Shown in pieces: positions 26,941 through 42,000 of a stretch of DNA of 64,000 bases (the stretch's first letter is position 1; the number at the start of each line of letters is the position of its first letter). Under the pieces are notes generated by a model. That model was not told where the DNA came from, did no database searches, and saw only the letters and a list, made by a program, of their open reading frames with translations. The stretch spans positions 89,467-153,466 of the forward strand of contig NMRA01000775.1 of NCBI GenBank assembly GCA_002633005.1, written 5' to 3'. A program made the translations under genes and the position numbers. The stretch comes from Phoronis australis. Lineage: Eukaryota > Animalia > Phoronida.

Positions 26941-29299
26941 GGGTGAGCTAGAGGACCATGCCCACAGTATGGAAAGTAGCCAACAAAAAGAAAATTTGAT
27001 GAAGTAACCCGTCTTTATTTTACAAGGTCATGGAATCAAAGACAACAAACACCAGCATAAAATTCTATCAACGAATCAAAAATAGCATCAGAAAAAAGAT
27101 CACGAAAAATTGCAAACACAAATTTTGAGCCACACATATCTTGACCCCTAGGTATGCCACACACACACACACTACAGTTCTTTCAAGAGATACAAGGTTA
27201 TAATGTCAAGTTTTGCTACTGATACGAGTGATTAATGGCATCAACAAACAAATGGGATACCCACATCACGAAGGCTGGAATTTCTTAAATATCTTGTTCA
27301 ATATTAATAATAGACCCATTCAACTATAATCCTTTGTGATCACAGAGTATTTTTACCACTCCAGTGCACAAAATTATGTACAAACTGCATTTCACTAACA
27401 AGGTTTTTTTTGCATCAAAGCTTGAAAATTCTGTTTATTCCGACTTAGCTACACAAAAGCGTATCTGAGATTTCCTTTAATGCTATTTAGACAGAAAACT
27501 TGAAGAATGAGGTAATCCTTGGAAAATTGCAAACATCTGGACATTGCTTTCGAGCACATAACATGGTTGCGTGACCATCAAGGGTTTTAAGAAATACAGT
27601 TTTAGTGGTCTACCATTAACACGTAGTTTAGAACTTATTAGTAAGAAATTTTATCCTTGGTAACTAAGGTATCTCATTACCTGAGATTGATGAAACACAA
27701 ATTAAATTATTAGGGTACAAATTGTCAATTTAACTGAGAATGCTGAAACAAAATTTTTGGGAACAAATAGTAAAATATATTTTGTGTATAGCATGGGGAA
27801 AGTGATCAAAGTATTTAATGTACAATTTGAAGACATTAATATGAAACTCTTCCATTACATAGCACCCGATTGGTGAATAAACTCTATACGGTTCAGACAC
27901 TTCAATACGTACTGCAGAATGAACATACTTTGAATAAGATACAGTGTAACACAAGTCCTTTGATTCTCAGTATATATTCGTAAATAATGATCATGTTATT
28001 AAACAAGCATGATTATTATAATAAACAATACTTGTAAAGCACCCACACAAATTGCGCAATTTGTTACCACCTTGTGCTAAAAGAGCAATAAAATAAAATT
28101 CTTTCTCAATAAAAGCAACCAAGAATAATTGAGGACTATCAAGTTAAAGAATAGAGCCTGGACTGTATCAACAATTCAGACAACGTCATAGAGTTAAACA
28201 TTGGAAGACACAAGTTGAATGCATAATAGATAGTGATCCAATATTAGAGGTGTTTTAATAGTGTCTTGTACTCTCTTCTGTCCACTCTTTCAACGATACA
28301 AGTGGGATTTAAGCCTTACTTACCTGGCCCAGTTCTATCAGGTTATGCATAATATGCATAAAAAATTATAATGAATTCTGCACTATTTGTAATTCACGAC
28401 TGGAAAATTAATTTGGTACAATACATTAACATTAACTGTTGTATATAAACATAACATTAAAATACTGACCATAAATGTTGACTAACCCACATTCAAATTA
28501 AAATACTTCAAGGTGGAAGAGGTATCATTGTTTAATTAATAACGAACAACATTCAAGACATTTGGTTACTATTCTCTCCCTAACAACTGCCTCAGGGTCC
28601 TCGATAATTCTAGATTCGGGGGAAGCTATTTGTCACTGTGAAACAGTTGTCAATTAAAATTTATAAATGACACCGAAACATGTCAAGTTTTAAATCCGTT
28701 GTTGTTTTCGTGAATGTATAACAAGAACAATGCAGGGCATTGACATGCGCTAACAATGCATCGCACACAGCACAGATACAAGAGAAGATCATTACTTTAA
28801 CATTCCCATGACTATATAAAGCAATGCATAGTCTCCACAGGGTGAAAAGCAAGTATGAAATGTTATGCTCAACAGAATCCCACCTGCCATCTTTCATCAT
28901 GATTGTTCAAGAAGTTAGGTGGTCACGGAAGCAGACGACAAAAGACACAAAAGAAATAGAAAGGCCACTAGAGGGCGTACGTAGGTCAAATCCATCTGAG
29001 ACATGGCTATTGTTGTTGTTTACATGGTATTAGCTGACACCTAAAATGTCATGAACATCTGTCAACTGAATTTGGTATATATCAAGGCAAACCCAAAGAA
29101 AAAATTACCACTAGATGATTGAAGTAGTTGAATATGCCCCAATATCGACGTCAGTTGTACTCTTCTCAATAGATATGTATGACACATTTCATGACTATCC
29201 TCCAAGGAACATGTATTGAGCTTCAGACAAAAAATAAAATAGCCAGAAAAGGGCGCCACATCAGTCATACCTGTTCAAAATTCTTCGTCAGCCATACTC

Positions 29300-29990
29300 T
29301 TCTAAGTAGGACCAAAGAGAGTTGGAAAACGAGATGCAGACAACAAAAAGATTAAAAAATAACAGAAATGGCCACCAGATGGCACACAATCTATTGAACC
29401 AATCCAAAACTGGAAAGGTGATATCGTCTCTTCAATAGAAGCCTATTTGCAATGTTTCATGAAAGTCTGCCTAGAACTCTGAAATAACAGTGAAAACTGA
29501 CTGTAAAAGTATTTGCCACTGTGGCACAGTGGTAGCCGTATCTGCCTGAAAACCGTTGCCATCCATTGTCACTTTCATTGAAACATACTTGCAAAATTTA
29601 AAAAAGTGGTCAGTCTTTAAAATCAGCATCAGCTGTTTTCTCCCAATAGAAACACGTCCTAGAGTGGTTTGCAGACAGAGAGGCAGATGCCAAAAAACAT
29701 ACTAGGAAACAGTAAAACCAACACTAAGTGGAGCTGAATATATCGAATCCATCCGGAGATGGAAAAATGGCATCTCCTTAACAGAAACCTATACGCAAAA
29801 ATATGTCACGGAACTTCAAAGATACAAAACAAAATTAAAATTGGCACTTGGGGGCGCACTGGCAGTTGGATACATCCGAAAATTTGCTCAAGACACCCCA
29901 TTCATGATAGATCTTCAAACTTTGACCTAAAAACAACAAGGAATGTTGGGAGAAACAGCAGCAGACGATGAACAAGGATGAGGGCATATG
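29300..29990 (+). repeat. Degenerate HINE/Helentron-like composite repeat
   Basis: Contains GCCACCAGATGGCAC, GGCACTTGGGGGCGC and TTTCATGAAA cores shared with 48577-49870. Confidence 0.45.
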
Positions 29991-30053
29991 CACTTCTAAA
30001 ATGTATTTGAGTGCACACCAGGTACAAAATGCGACACCCAAGGGCCCGGATGT

Positions 30054-33000
30054 TTAAAGATCATGGCGCCACTGTGGCTCCTCCTGGTGTGTGACATCGC
30101 TGATGTCCAGCCCACTCATCTTTTTAACGGCTTCTTCAACCAACGTCTCTGTAATGAGATAAACAGAGGGATAACCACTGGAAAGTCTGAAGATCTCTGA
30201 TGCATGTTGCCAAGCGAATTTAGAAGTAATCTGGTGCAAGTTCAAAGAAATAGTAAATAAGGCATCAGAAGACCAGGTTTGCGCAATAATAGTACAGGCA
30301 ACAATACTGGGCACAAAGACGTCTGTCAGCGGCACCACCTAGATAGTCTAATTAGTACTTAGAGAATATAATTATACCTTCTTCATTAAGGCCAGCATCA
30401 TTTAACCTCCCAGTGATGTCATCCACTAAATCTTCGTCAGTTGTAAAATCACACCCAGTGTACCCACCATGCTTTGTGCAGTACTCAATCAACCTGGGAA
30501 TATGTAAGAGATTAATGTCACTGCTAGTCACGCGACCACTGGAACATGCCACTGATAGTCACGACCATTGGAACATGCCACTGATAGTCACGACCATTGG
30601 AACATGCCACTGATAGTCACGACCATTGGAACATGCCACTGATAGTCACATGACCACTGGAACATGCCACTGATAGTCACACGACCACTGGAACATGCCA
30701 CTGATAGTCACGTGACCACTGGAACATGCCACTGATAGTCACATGACCACTGGAACATGCCACTGACAGTCACATGACCACTGGAACATGCCACTGATAG
30801 TCACATGACCACTGGAACATGCCACTGATAGTCACATGACCACTGGAACATGCCACTGATAGTCACATGACCACTGGAACATGCTACTGATGGTCACATG
30901 ACTACTGGAACATGCCACTGATACTCAAGTTTTCAGATGAAAAACTGCGTTGACTTGAACACTTATAGTTTTGTAGAGCATGTCGACCAAGCCAGATAAA
31001 CCGGGTCCAAATGCTACTTTAAGGTTAGATAGGACCTTACCAACATGTCTGTACATTTAGGCAAACATTTACCAAACTATTTGACTCTGGAAAGTGTATA
31101 TTTTCTGAAAGTAGAAATTTGATTTTGACTTTATCTGCCAGTAATTAGGTCACGTAACATTGGCTGTTTTTTAGGAAAATTTAGCGTGTACTCTACGTGT
31201 TCAAAATAAAAATAAAATTGCTCACTGACAAACTTGTTTTCATTTTAAACGTGATAATGATCCATCTGAAGAAATCGTTTAAATTTCTCCAGTGTCAAGT
31301 GGTCACCATGACCACTGGTTCTATCCACATTCCATTCTCACTAGGGGGCTATGGTCATTATAGGAATGACTCAATTTACTTGGTCTGTAAGTCTGTAGTG
31401 AGGGTAATTACTGTTTCTCATTAGATCATATCTATATAGAAGGCTTGTCAGCCAACCATACAAATCTCTAATCACGATAGAAGCTGGGTCTGAAAGAATG
31501 GGGATAGAATTGTTGAAAAAAAGGGTACAATCACGACATGTTAAAGTGGATCTTGCACTCACTAGTTCCTTATCGCTATGATTGCTTGGTCAAATAGTTA
31601 GAAATACAACATAAAGCGATGATGCGAATATGAACAAGGTTGAAAATTACCAAATGTTTTAAAGAACGAGTTTTGTGTTGAAAATGATCTGCCGTAAATC
31701 ACTCAACCGTGTCCAGAAAGTAGCGCGATGTGTTGTTCCCCAACAACACTGAATGATGCGGGTTTTATGAGCCCCTAAGGTACATAACTGGTGCAAAAGT
31801 CACCTACTTGTAGAACTTTTCGTTTTCACATTTACAAGCTGTCCGTTATTACAACTTGCACTTTGTTTAGCACAGATGATGTTCAAATAGCATTGCCGCT
31901 TAATTCCTGCTAATACAAAATATTACAGTTGGGAGCATGCAAATGCATGTCTTTAAGTCATACCAATATCTTACCTTCTCCAGTGATAGTCATGAGCGAG
32001 AATGTACGGATTTCCTATCACAATGAGGAGAGCTTTAGCCCGCGTAATGGCCACATTGAACCTCTGTAACAATATCAAACAATTTCAAGAATGTGCAAGT
32101 CTAAACACAAAACAGAAAAGATGACAGCTGTTATTCAGTGGTTGGGAGTGGACCTGCTGACTCAGAAAGGTGAGCCTGGCAGTTTTTTTGGTTGATGGAT
32201 CTTGCCCAAATACCACTGAGGCAGCTATTGGGAGCTGTCTGTGAAATGGGATTTGATTCGAGGCCCTCTTGTTCCAAAGCTTTTAAAACTACACCATGGA
32301 CGCATCCCAACACCAGAAATCACTAAAATGGGGTCTAAAATCCTGAGCAAAATCTCATAGGACACGTTGCCATGGTTACGCCAGTGCTCTCCACAACCTG
32401 TTTTGACCCATCACTGCATCGAATTATGTTGTGATGAGTTCAGCTTACTTGCGTCGAATTTGAAAACCTATGAAACAAGCGTAATATATTGGGAGATTAG
32501 TTATTTCTTGGGCAAATTAGGACATTTTTGGACTTTTGGTACCTGCCTAACGCTCTCATTCCAATACTTAATACACAAACCCCCCATCATATGCACATCA
32601 GCATTCGAACATGCACGTGAATTTTGATCTTTCAGTCGACTCTGAAATTTTTGCAGTAAAGTACACTTTACACTTGTCTCACCTTGGGGTTTTTCAGGAA
32701 TCCAATACTAAAGTCAACATCAAAGCTCAGGTATTTGGGATTGGACCGTACTGTAGACACTATGATGACACGCCTCTCCTGTCCTTGAAACTCCTCAACT
32801 GAACCAACTGTGATCTCATTCAGGTGGTTCTTCTTCAACAAAGTTTTTATTTTCTGAACCTGAAAGTGCAAACCAGGCGTAATTCAATGGGACTGATGTG
32901 ACATTATCATTTAGGAGTGATCATGAACAAGTTTCCATTCCTTATATCGCACAGTACAGGGCGTCGTACTTACACCTCAAATGGCAATTACAATAATTGC

Positions 33001-36000
33001 ACTGTATTATTGGTTCAAGTTCACCAAGACCAAATTTAAGAAAATTAATAGTCTTGCACTTCCTTGACATTTTTAACTTCTGAAGCATTGTGCGATTAGT
33101 TTTAGTTCTCCAACACTGAGTCAATTGTTTGCCATTCCTGTGCATAAAGAAGATGTTACGGCTCACATGCCTACTTTCACAGCATGGCTTAGCCATCGAA
33201 TTGGCCCGCGCACGCAGTCTGATCTACGGGAACTGAATTTGAACCCCTAACATGTACTAAAGTGTGGGTACATTTTAGGACAACCTCTTGAAACTTTTAA
33301 CGTTCTACTATTGAGTGACTCTTTTCTGCAACAAGAACCTGGGAAAAAATCTCAGCCACATTGAATCAAAACTTTACCTCGAACATGCATTCACAATTCA
33401 GTGCTTATCTACATGAACTGCAAAAACTTTGATGTGACTATGAACCCGAGTTCTGTCCAAAAAGTAAAACATTTCACTTAGAATATCAACTGCATCTGCT
33501 ATAGAATTGGTTTCAGCTTGTTTCTAATTCTGATGACAAGCAATCTCTGGGTTTACAAAGAAATGACAGTTGTCGATTTCTTGAAACCATGTGCTGTAGA
33601 CAAAATGACGTGCTGGGACAAGCCAACCAGACCAGACAGTAGAGGTTAATATTAACCAATAACGAAACGTCAGCTCTTTCAAAGCCCAGACACCATCTTC
33701 AATTTCACATATTGGGAAAAAGTTGAGACCAATTTCGTAACAGTATGTGGTCTAGATGAAAAGCTGGTCGTGAAGGAAGGTAGGTTTAGACTGAGGCAAT
33801 TAAGTTGTCAACATTATCACATCTATGGCACGCAGTCAAAATCTTAGATAGCTACATTGACTCGTGGCTNTGAACTGCAAAAACTTTGATATGACTATGA
33901 ACCAGGATTCTGTCCAAAAAGTAAAACATTTCACTTAGAATATCAACTGCATCTGCTATAGAATTGGTTTCAGCTTGTTTCTAATTCAGATGACAAGCAA
34001 TCTCTGGGTTTACAAAGAAATGACAGTTGTCGATTTCTTGAAACCATGTGCTGTAGACAAAATGATGTGCTGGGACAAGCCAACCAGACCAGACAGTAGA
34101 GGTTAATATTAACCAATAACGAAACGTCAGCTCTTTCAAAGCCCAGACACCATCTTCAATTTCACATATTGGGAAAAAGTTGAGACCAATTTCGTAACAG
34201 TATGTGGTCTAGATGAAAAGCTGGTCCTGAAGGAAGGTAGGTTTAGACTGAGGCAATTAAGTTGTCAACATTATCACATCTATGGCACGCAGTCAAAATC
34301 TTAGATAGCTACATTGACTCGTGGCTCAAGCTATTTTGACAGATGACCAACAACAACTGTGAAACCATTGTTACCTGTTTCCTGTAAGGGGTGATAACTC
34401 CAATTTCACTCAGTGGAATTTTGACTTTTGCCTCCTTGATCTTTTGAATGTAACCCAGAGCAATGGCTGCCTCCTCCGGGTTGAAGAAAGAAGGACTGTT
34501 CGCCTCTCGCATGTCATTGCCAGTGACGCCATGGAAAATCAATGGGAAGCCTTTCTTTGGCAGCTCTTCCCATCGACAGAATGATTCCCGAATTAGGATA
34601 TCTGCATGGGCTTCTAGTTCTCCTTTGTAGAACAACTCGTTGGGCAAGGCAAGAATATCGGGATGTGACCGATAGTTTCTGACAAGTTTTGTCAGCACTT
34701 TGGGATTGTAGAAGTGATTGTTCCTGATTTCTTTTGGAATGTTGCCAGCTGGCAGTTGGCGGGTGTTACTTTTCTGACTTTTGCGCCCATCATGTACGGG
34801 GCTGGAATCTTCTGCGTTATTGGATTCTTCATTGTCTGGGTCACTATAGCGAGAATAGACTTCGCATTGCGTCATAAATCGTTCCAGCAGTGACATATCT
34901 ACAACAAAGAATACAGTTTCTTTCTACTTGCACCAAGTCATTCATTAAGTACTTGATAGTTGACTTATGACCTATCAAGTCAACAATTCAATATTCTGAA
35001 TAAGGCTACATCTGAACACAACAAAACAAAAATGAAATCTAAGTAACAGACAGTATTAACAGGAAGCAGTAAAATGGCAGCAAAGAAAACCATAAAAGTC
35101 TGCATTCTAAAAATCAGTACAATATTATTTAATAATGACACTTCAAGAATACTCCAACAGGGTCTGAGAAAAAACCTACACATAACACTTCTAATTCTGT
35201 TGACATTTTGTCGACCTTTCTTAAAAATTAATTAAAAAAAAAACAAAAAAACAATATTAATTAAGCGAGCTATTTTTTGTCCTTTTTCACATTCCAAGAT
35301 GATATTTGCCAACTTTTTTGAGTCAGGTAATGAAACGTCATTTACTCCTGAATAACCACGCATTAACAATCTCATGAGAGATTTCAAAGCAATTTGTCCA
35401 CCTCTATCAAAAATTAAAAATCCTAATTGTGATACTGATTATGGAGTCTGTATTCTAACCATAGTATTAAACACAGTGAAATTTCACTTTATAGCTCCAA
35501 GTATTAAGAAAATCGTCCTGCAGATGTCAACAGAATTGTTGACAGGAGTTGATTTCCGTTGAGACATAAGCAATTAATTTTTAATCATAAGAAATCAGTC
35601 AATTATTTTTTCCACTTGTGTCCAACATAATATAACAAAAACTATCCAAATTGAATCTTCACTGCTATACTCATAGGGTCATTCATAAACATGTCACTTT
35701 GTGATAAAAGTCTGACCAAGACAACTCTATTCCTCACCCAGACCATGCTTCAGCACGAAAGGGGAGCGCAGGATCGGACCCAGCTGCTTTGGATCCCCCG
35801 CAAGCACAATCTGTCCCCCATTAGCCAGAGGGGTGTCAGCCTCTAGGATGCCAGCTATGGCAATTAGGGCCTCAGGCTCCACCGCTTGGCCGCACTCGTC
35901 AATAAAAATGTGGGTGAAATGTCCCTGAGGAAAGTTGGCCGAGGCCAGTCTGTAAATAAAAATCATCTCGATTAGCTGCCTAATGTTGAATTCTTAATAA

Positions 36001-39000
36001 CCAATTAGTGCTTTGGTGTTAAAAACAATACCACTTTCAACTATACAATCCTTACTTATTGCCCGGATGAGTCAGCAACTTGAGTCACAGACAATGCATA
36101 TAGGTGGCAGCACATGAATGTTACAATACATATAGAAATCCATGTGAAGGGAAATGTTCGCATGCCTTGGTTTGCACGTCAACTGCACACAATAGAAATA
36201 AACTGGAACAGCCATTGTCAAACTGTCCAGATATAATTCATTGTACTCTTGACTCATGACAAACTTGTATATAGCAAATCGAACTTTCTTTTTAAGTTCT
36301 GTCTGATAACTGATCACTATTCTAGTTTCTGAAAATAATCTAAGAATCCTTTGGACATTTTGCAACTAAATATTCTCCACTATTGTCACATTTTATTGTA
36401 ACTTACATAGAAAACAAATTAACTCAATATTTATAAATTATTAATTTTTTGAAACACACAGAGTATATGCCACATGACGAATGTATAAAACCAACCTTCC
36501 AGATGTCACTAGCGTGCAGACGATGATGTCAAACTTTGACAGATCCTGTTTGGAGGGGTAGAAGTAATTACCTCTATTCTTATCGTAGTTGGAAATTTCC
36601 TACAAACAAGTCACAATATTTACAGACTGAATCAACTTACAAACAGGTGAATATATGTGTGACCTAAAAAGGCTTTAACTTTATGTCACGATTTGGCTCA
36701 CCTCCCCATGTGGCTCACCTCCCCATGTGGCTCACCTCCCCATGTGGCTCACCTCCCCATGTGGCTCACCTCCCCATGTGGCTCACCTCCCCATGTGGCT
36801 CACCTCCCCATGTGGCTCACCTCCCTAGTATGTGGCTTACCTCCCTGTGTGGCGTCTCAAAAATAGCTCATTCCAATGAAACTTTGAATTACTTTGACTT
36901 ACCTATGGTTGGGAATTGCGTTGGAATCGCATCACTTTTGTATCAACTGATATTGAAAAGCATGATTTTCAACAAACAAATCAGAAGTTGAATTAACAAA
37001 AACAAAAGATATTTAGATTGTTTAGATTGTGCTTTGAATATTTCTATCATTGATAAATCTGGATGTAATAGCTGTTAACATTGTTTTGGAATCAGGTGAA
37101 ATGTATCTTTTTGTGTTTCTTGCTCAAAATACCTACTGAAGTTACGCAATTAATGGCAGATTGATATCAAGACAAGAAGTCCTAAAACCTTTCCAACTTC
37201 AGAATGTTTTAAATGCAGACTCAGCAACAAAGGTTCATACTATTAAATCTTTTCGACAGGCTTTCTCTCTTACTTTCTTAGAAATTCTTTTGAAGTGACA
37301 GGAGTTTCTGAGTGTGTTCAAGGTCCAGAGTTAGTTGTAATTTCTGACATCTAATATACAGTGAAAATTATTAATCTTTTAAGGACATACTAAGAGCTAT
37401 ATTTCATCTGCGTCACACGTAGTACCGAGAGTCGATCTTGCGGCAAACAGCAGGATGGCATCAAAATAGGCACAATGTCCATCGAACTTACATGTGATTA
37501 AGAAAATGCGTCACACACAAACAACAGCCGTAACATCTACTGAAAACAACTGGCAGCTCGTTAGATTTTACATTGCTCACTGGAAGTGGCCCAAAAACCA
37601 AGTCACATGGCAACTTTCAACAAACCTGAACTTTTTCAGGAACAGTTGACCAATGGCGAGATTTAGCGTTCAGTCGCATGATTCTGCTCTTGTCGATGTG
37701 TTCCAGCAGACGGAGGGCAAGAAGGTCAGCTGCACTATTAGACGGAGCGCAGGCAAGGATATGTGTGCCACTGATACACTTGCACACCTGAAGAGGGTGT
37801 TACAAGACAATTAGTCACAGATACATGATTCACGAAGCCTCGAGTTCAGCTTTAGTAATATAATGTACAAAATAATACATGGCAAGTTACATCGGACGTC
37901 TAATAGCTCGAACTGAAGACAGAAAACTGACAATTAAATTGAATTTTTAGGAAACTTTAGACACACACACACACACACACACACACCACACCACACCACA
38001 CCACACCACACCACACCACACACCACACCACACCACACACACACTTTGTGATGCACAAAATCAAAACACCTGTTTCATGGCTTCCACCAGTGTGATTGTC
38101 TTTCCAGTTCCTGGAGGACCAAAGATCAAATATGGCGAAGGTCGGGACGAACCAGCAAGAATATGGCGGACTGCAAGAGCTTGTTCTGTATTTCTCTCCA
38201 CAAGACGATTGTAAAACCTAGTCGGCAAGGATATAAGTTGCTAATTTAATAAATGCGAATGAACTGCAAATTTAGAAATGTGGTCACTTTACAAATCACA
38301 TGATGAATTAATTAGCACCCCATTTAGAAATAGCACATTCGTGTTTTCTAAATTAATCATACCGTGTTTTATTTTCCATGATATTTCCAACAAAAAGCTC
38401 CCATTTCCACCTAGGTTATTTTCTCACATGCACGGCTTGGAATGACCAATTTCAAAAAAGAAGAAATTTTCCAGGTCATGTATCATTCCACAAATAAATG
38501 GGATTGTGCAAAAGAAATACTCTTGTATTGTAAAATGTATTTAATTACTGAAATAAATGTTTCTGCATGAATAAAGTCAAAATAATGATAAAAATGATAC
38601 AAGAAAGAGGAAACTGGAAATCAAATAAGGGCAGTTCCAGTAAAATCCGTGTGGGAGGGGGGGACGGCAGTAGAAATAAAAAATCATGGGTGGTGGTCTT
38701 CAGAAAAAAACTCAAATTATGGGTGGTCGTACCTGTAAGAAGTGATGAATTAAAAATGGGTGATATTTTTTAACCTGTTAATGTTGACAGGTTGGTTTCT
38801 TCAACTGATATTGCCAGTTCACTAAGCCATTAATCAAGTCATGGGCAACTTGATTTGAGCCAACTGTTTGTCTGCAGTCCTATTGAATTGAAAAGTTATG
38901 CAACACTAAACTGGTGTTAATACGTATAAGAAAATTGATGATTTTTAAATAAAAAGTATGAGGAGTAAGATAAACAAGTTCCAATATTCACTTGACATAG

Positions 39001-42000
39001 AAGTATAAAAGAGTTCGTGGAGACAGTTTGAGATTAATAGATCCTTATAATTGAAAAAATGTTCATTGAAATTATAGACACAAGGTGAACAGAAAAACCT
39101 GGTGGCTGCCAAAAGTATTGCTCACAGGCTACTTTTAAATTAGTTTTTGACAATATTGGATAAGACAACTAGTTCTTGTCTGTCAATCATCTACGTTACT
39201 TCTTAACAGGTCCTCCTGGAGGCAATTTGTTTGCAAGTGTTGGATTTTATATTTTAACCTATTAAAAATAATTAAAAAGTTATGGGTCATGGGTTGGAGA
39301 AATAAATGAAAAATATGGGCGGTGGGTACGAAATAAAAGTGCCTTCCCCCCATACAGATTTTGCTGGAACAGCCCTAAGAGGAAATCAAAACCAAAAAAG
39401 AGGAAATCCTCTTAAAAGATGAAAATTCCAAGCCCTGCGCTTGCCACGGATAACTGAATGCATGGATTCCACATGTTACCTACAATGCAGCAATTTTTTA
39501 TTGAAAATTTCCACAACTTCCACATAATTAAGTCTGTCTTCTTGTTCATTTTACACGTCAAGTATTCCATGGAAATTTTTTTGTCACTTTTCATATTTTC
39601 ACGAGCCATATTTACAAAAATCCCGTGTACAGTTTCAACTCCAGAAGAAACTGGTTTCCAAGATCAGATAACAACATACTTGTCTGTTGTGAAGCGCTCT
39701 CTAGTGGTCTTTTATAACAGTTAGAGTTCACAAGTCATAAATCGATTATACACTCTGGTTATGTGCCTTAGTCAACAAAACAGAAAAGATAACATCATTT
39801 TGGCTATTATTAAATATTTGTTACAACTAAATTTTCAAGGAGAATTCAATTATTCATTTCAGTCTGTACTTCATGGCCCTGAAATCATTGCTCATGTGTT
39901 AATTGCCCTGCCCCACAACAAAAAAGTTATGATCATAGTTCCTGATAACAACATGTGTACAAAACTATTGCCCAAGTATTCACAGTCGCGGTACGGGACA
40001 AGTTTGTAATGACATTTCAAATATTTTGTATCCTATTTATTATTTATTGTAGTGCCTTTTGCTATAACAATGAAATATTGAATTATACCATAGGCCAAAT
40101 TCAGGCCAACCAGATAAAAGCATCACCCAATTGCAAATAAAAATTATGCTTTACACTAAACTAAGAGAAATCAGTCGCAAAAAAACTAAATAGTACCATG
40201 TCACCCATGACATGAACCATGGCCATGAAACCATCACTACAGGTGATTAGATTAGCTCAGTACAGAATTGGACTGAACACTTTAATATGGCACATTACCC
40301 CAGTTTCCATTTCGATTTTCTAAAAAAATGTTTTAGGAGTGTGCCAGAGTATTCCAGAACCTTTTCCAAATTGATTTACTCGAAGCCATTATCTTCACGT
40401 AAATGTTTTGTCTGCCAATTTTTCAATAATCATCAGACTTCTGTGCTTCTCAGAGATAATAACAGTGAGTCAAGTCTCATACCTTGCTGACACCTTTTGG
40501 ACTTTTCTGAGAACTCATCCCATAACCACCATTTTCATAATAAATGGTGATGAAGGTCGAATACATGCCAAGATTATACCAGAAAATACCATTTCCTCGC
40601 CACGGCGGCCATTCTTACTTATGGTGAATTCCGTTATCTCTCAGCCATCATAATGGAGAACTTCCCTTTCGCTAAGCCACTACGACAGCGGAATTGAACC
40701 ACTAATAATTTTCGTCCTGCTCTTTGGCAACAGTTCATGTACAGCCACCACAGACATAAGGCAAATGATGCTAAATCCTTTACTTTAATGGTTCAACCAT
40801 ACCTAGTCAGTAATCATTGGGCATGACTTCAAATTTACTGCCTTATGCTAAACTCACTTAATACTCAGTGTTGTTAGCTCAAAAAAGACAGTCAGATAGT
40901 TAATAGAAGAAATGCATTCAGGTAACACCTCACACTGTTGTGTGAATAATAGTCCACCAGTAACGAATTTGGCAGGTTCACACAGTCATTTCATAATTAG
41001 CATAAAAGACCTACACAATTCGCTCCTCCAAGTGCCTAAGAAGACCCCAGGTAGAAGTTGTTTCAAGGGTCGGGAACAAGAACCTATCGAGAGAATTTTC
41101 TTGACATAACTCAACGGCTCGATGCTGTGACCTGATAGTGGCACGGTTGTAGGTGAACCGAACATGAAACTTCATGTTTGTCACAAACTCACTCATAAGC
41201 CTGAAATAAATCCAAAACAAGCTTAAGGATAACGTATACACAAAATATATTTCCAAAATATGGTAAGTGATAAAATTGTGATGGTGTTTTTGGCGTAATT
41301 GTCGGCACAAGAGTAAAAAAAATGGAGCAATAACCCTCTTTTCCCACCAAACAAATGGTTTACACCATTAAACTGTTCTCTAGCTGTTCTTTACTCAGAT
41401 TAGAAGTAATGTCTTTGCTTGTTTTACAGAAGTTAATGTCTTTGCTTGTCTGACATTAGAAGCAATGACTTTGCTTGTCTGACATTAGAAGCAATGACTT
41501 CGCTTGTCTGACATTAGAAGCCATGTCTCTACTTGTCCAACATTAGAAGCAATGTCTTTGCTTATCTGACACCACAGTGAGTCATAGCCTGAGACCAGGG
41601 GACTGTTTCATTCAAACCGACTTGAGACAGAAATTAGGTCATACTCTCCCAATTTACAAATACAAATTTAGTCATATACACATTAGCACATCACTGCCTC
41701 TAGTGATTTGTACCAATTGTCTCTCAGTAAGTAATAGTTACGCTCCAACTTTACAATTTCCAAATAAAGGTTTCATCATCTCATTACTAGCATATCACTG
41801 GCTGAAAATAATTTGTGCAAATTGTCTCATTGTGGGTATATTCTCAGATACTTTACTCTTTTACTAACATTGAGTTTCAGAGGTTATTTCTATCTGACGT
41901 CTTAAGTCACTTTTCTTGGAACATCGTAGACTCGGAACATGAAACTAACAGTGGGCTCAGGCCAACTAGTTGAGCAATGCTTATAGTATTAACAAAATTC

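Noticed and set aside
30149-30338. Extended last MOV10 exon suggested by the 94-aa ORF
   Set aside because: The acceptor at 30148 matches the phase of the preceding exon; the upstream part looks like an open intron.
26590-30925. CRISPR-like appearance of the 48-bp and 29/31-bp arrays
   Set aside because: Units are head-to-tail with no unique spacers, there are no cas genes, and the context is eukaryotic and intronic or intergenic.
36683-36991. Repetitive [20 protein letters not shown]
   Set aside because: It is a translation of the 17-bp minisatellite, antisense within an intron.
40480-40700. Possible nested first exon on the minus strand (ATGGCCGCC...AAG|GTATGA)
   Set aside because: Early stop and no recognisable product; probably a TE fragment.
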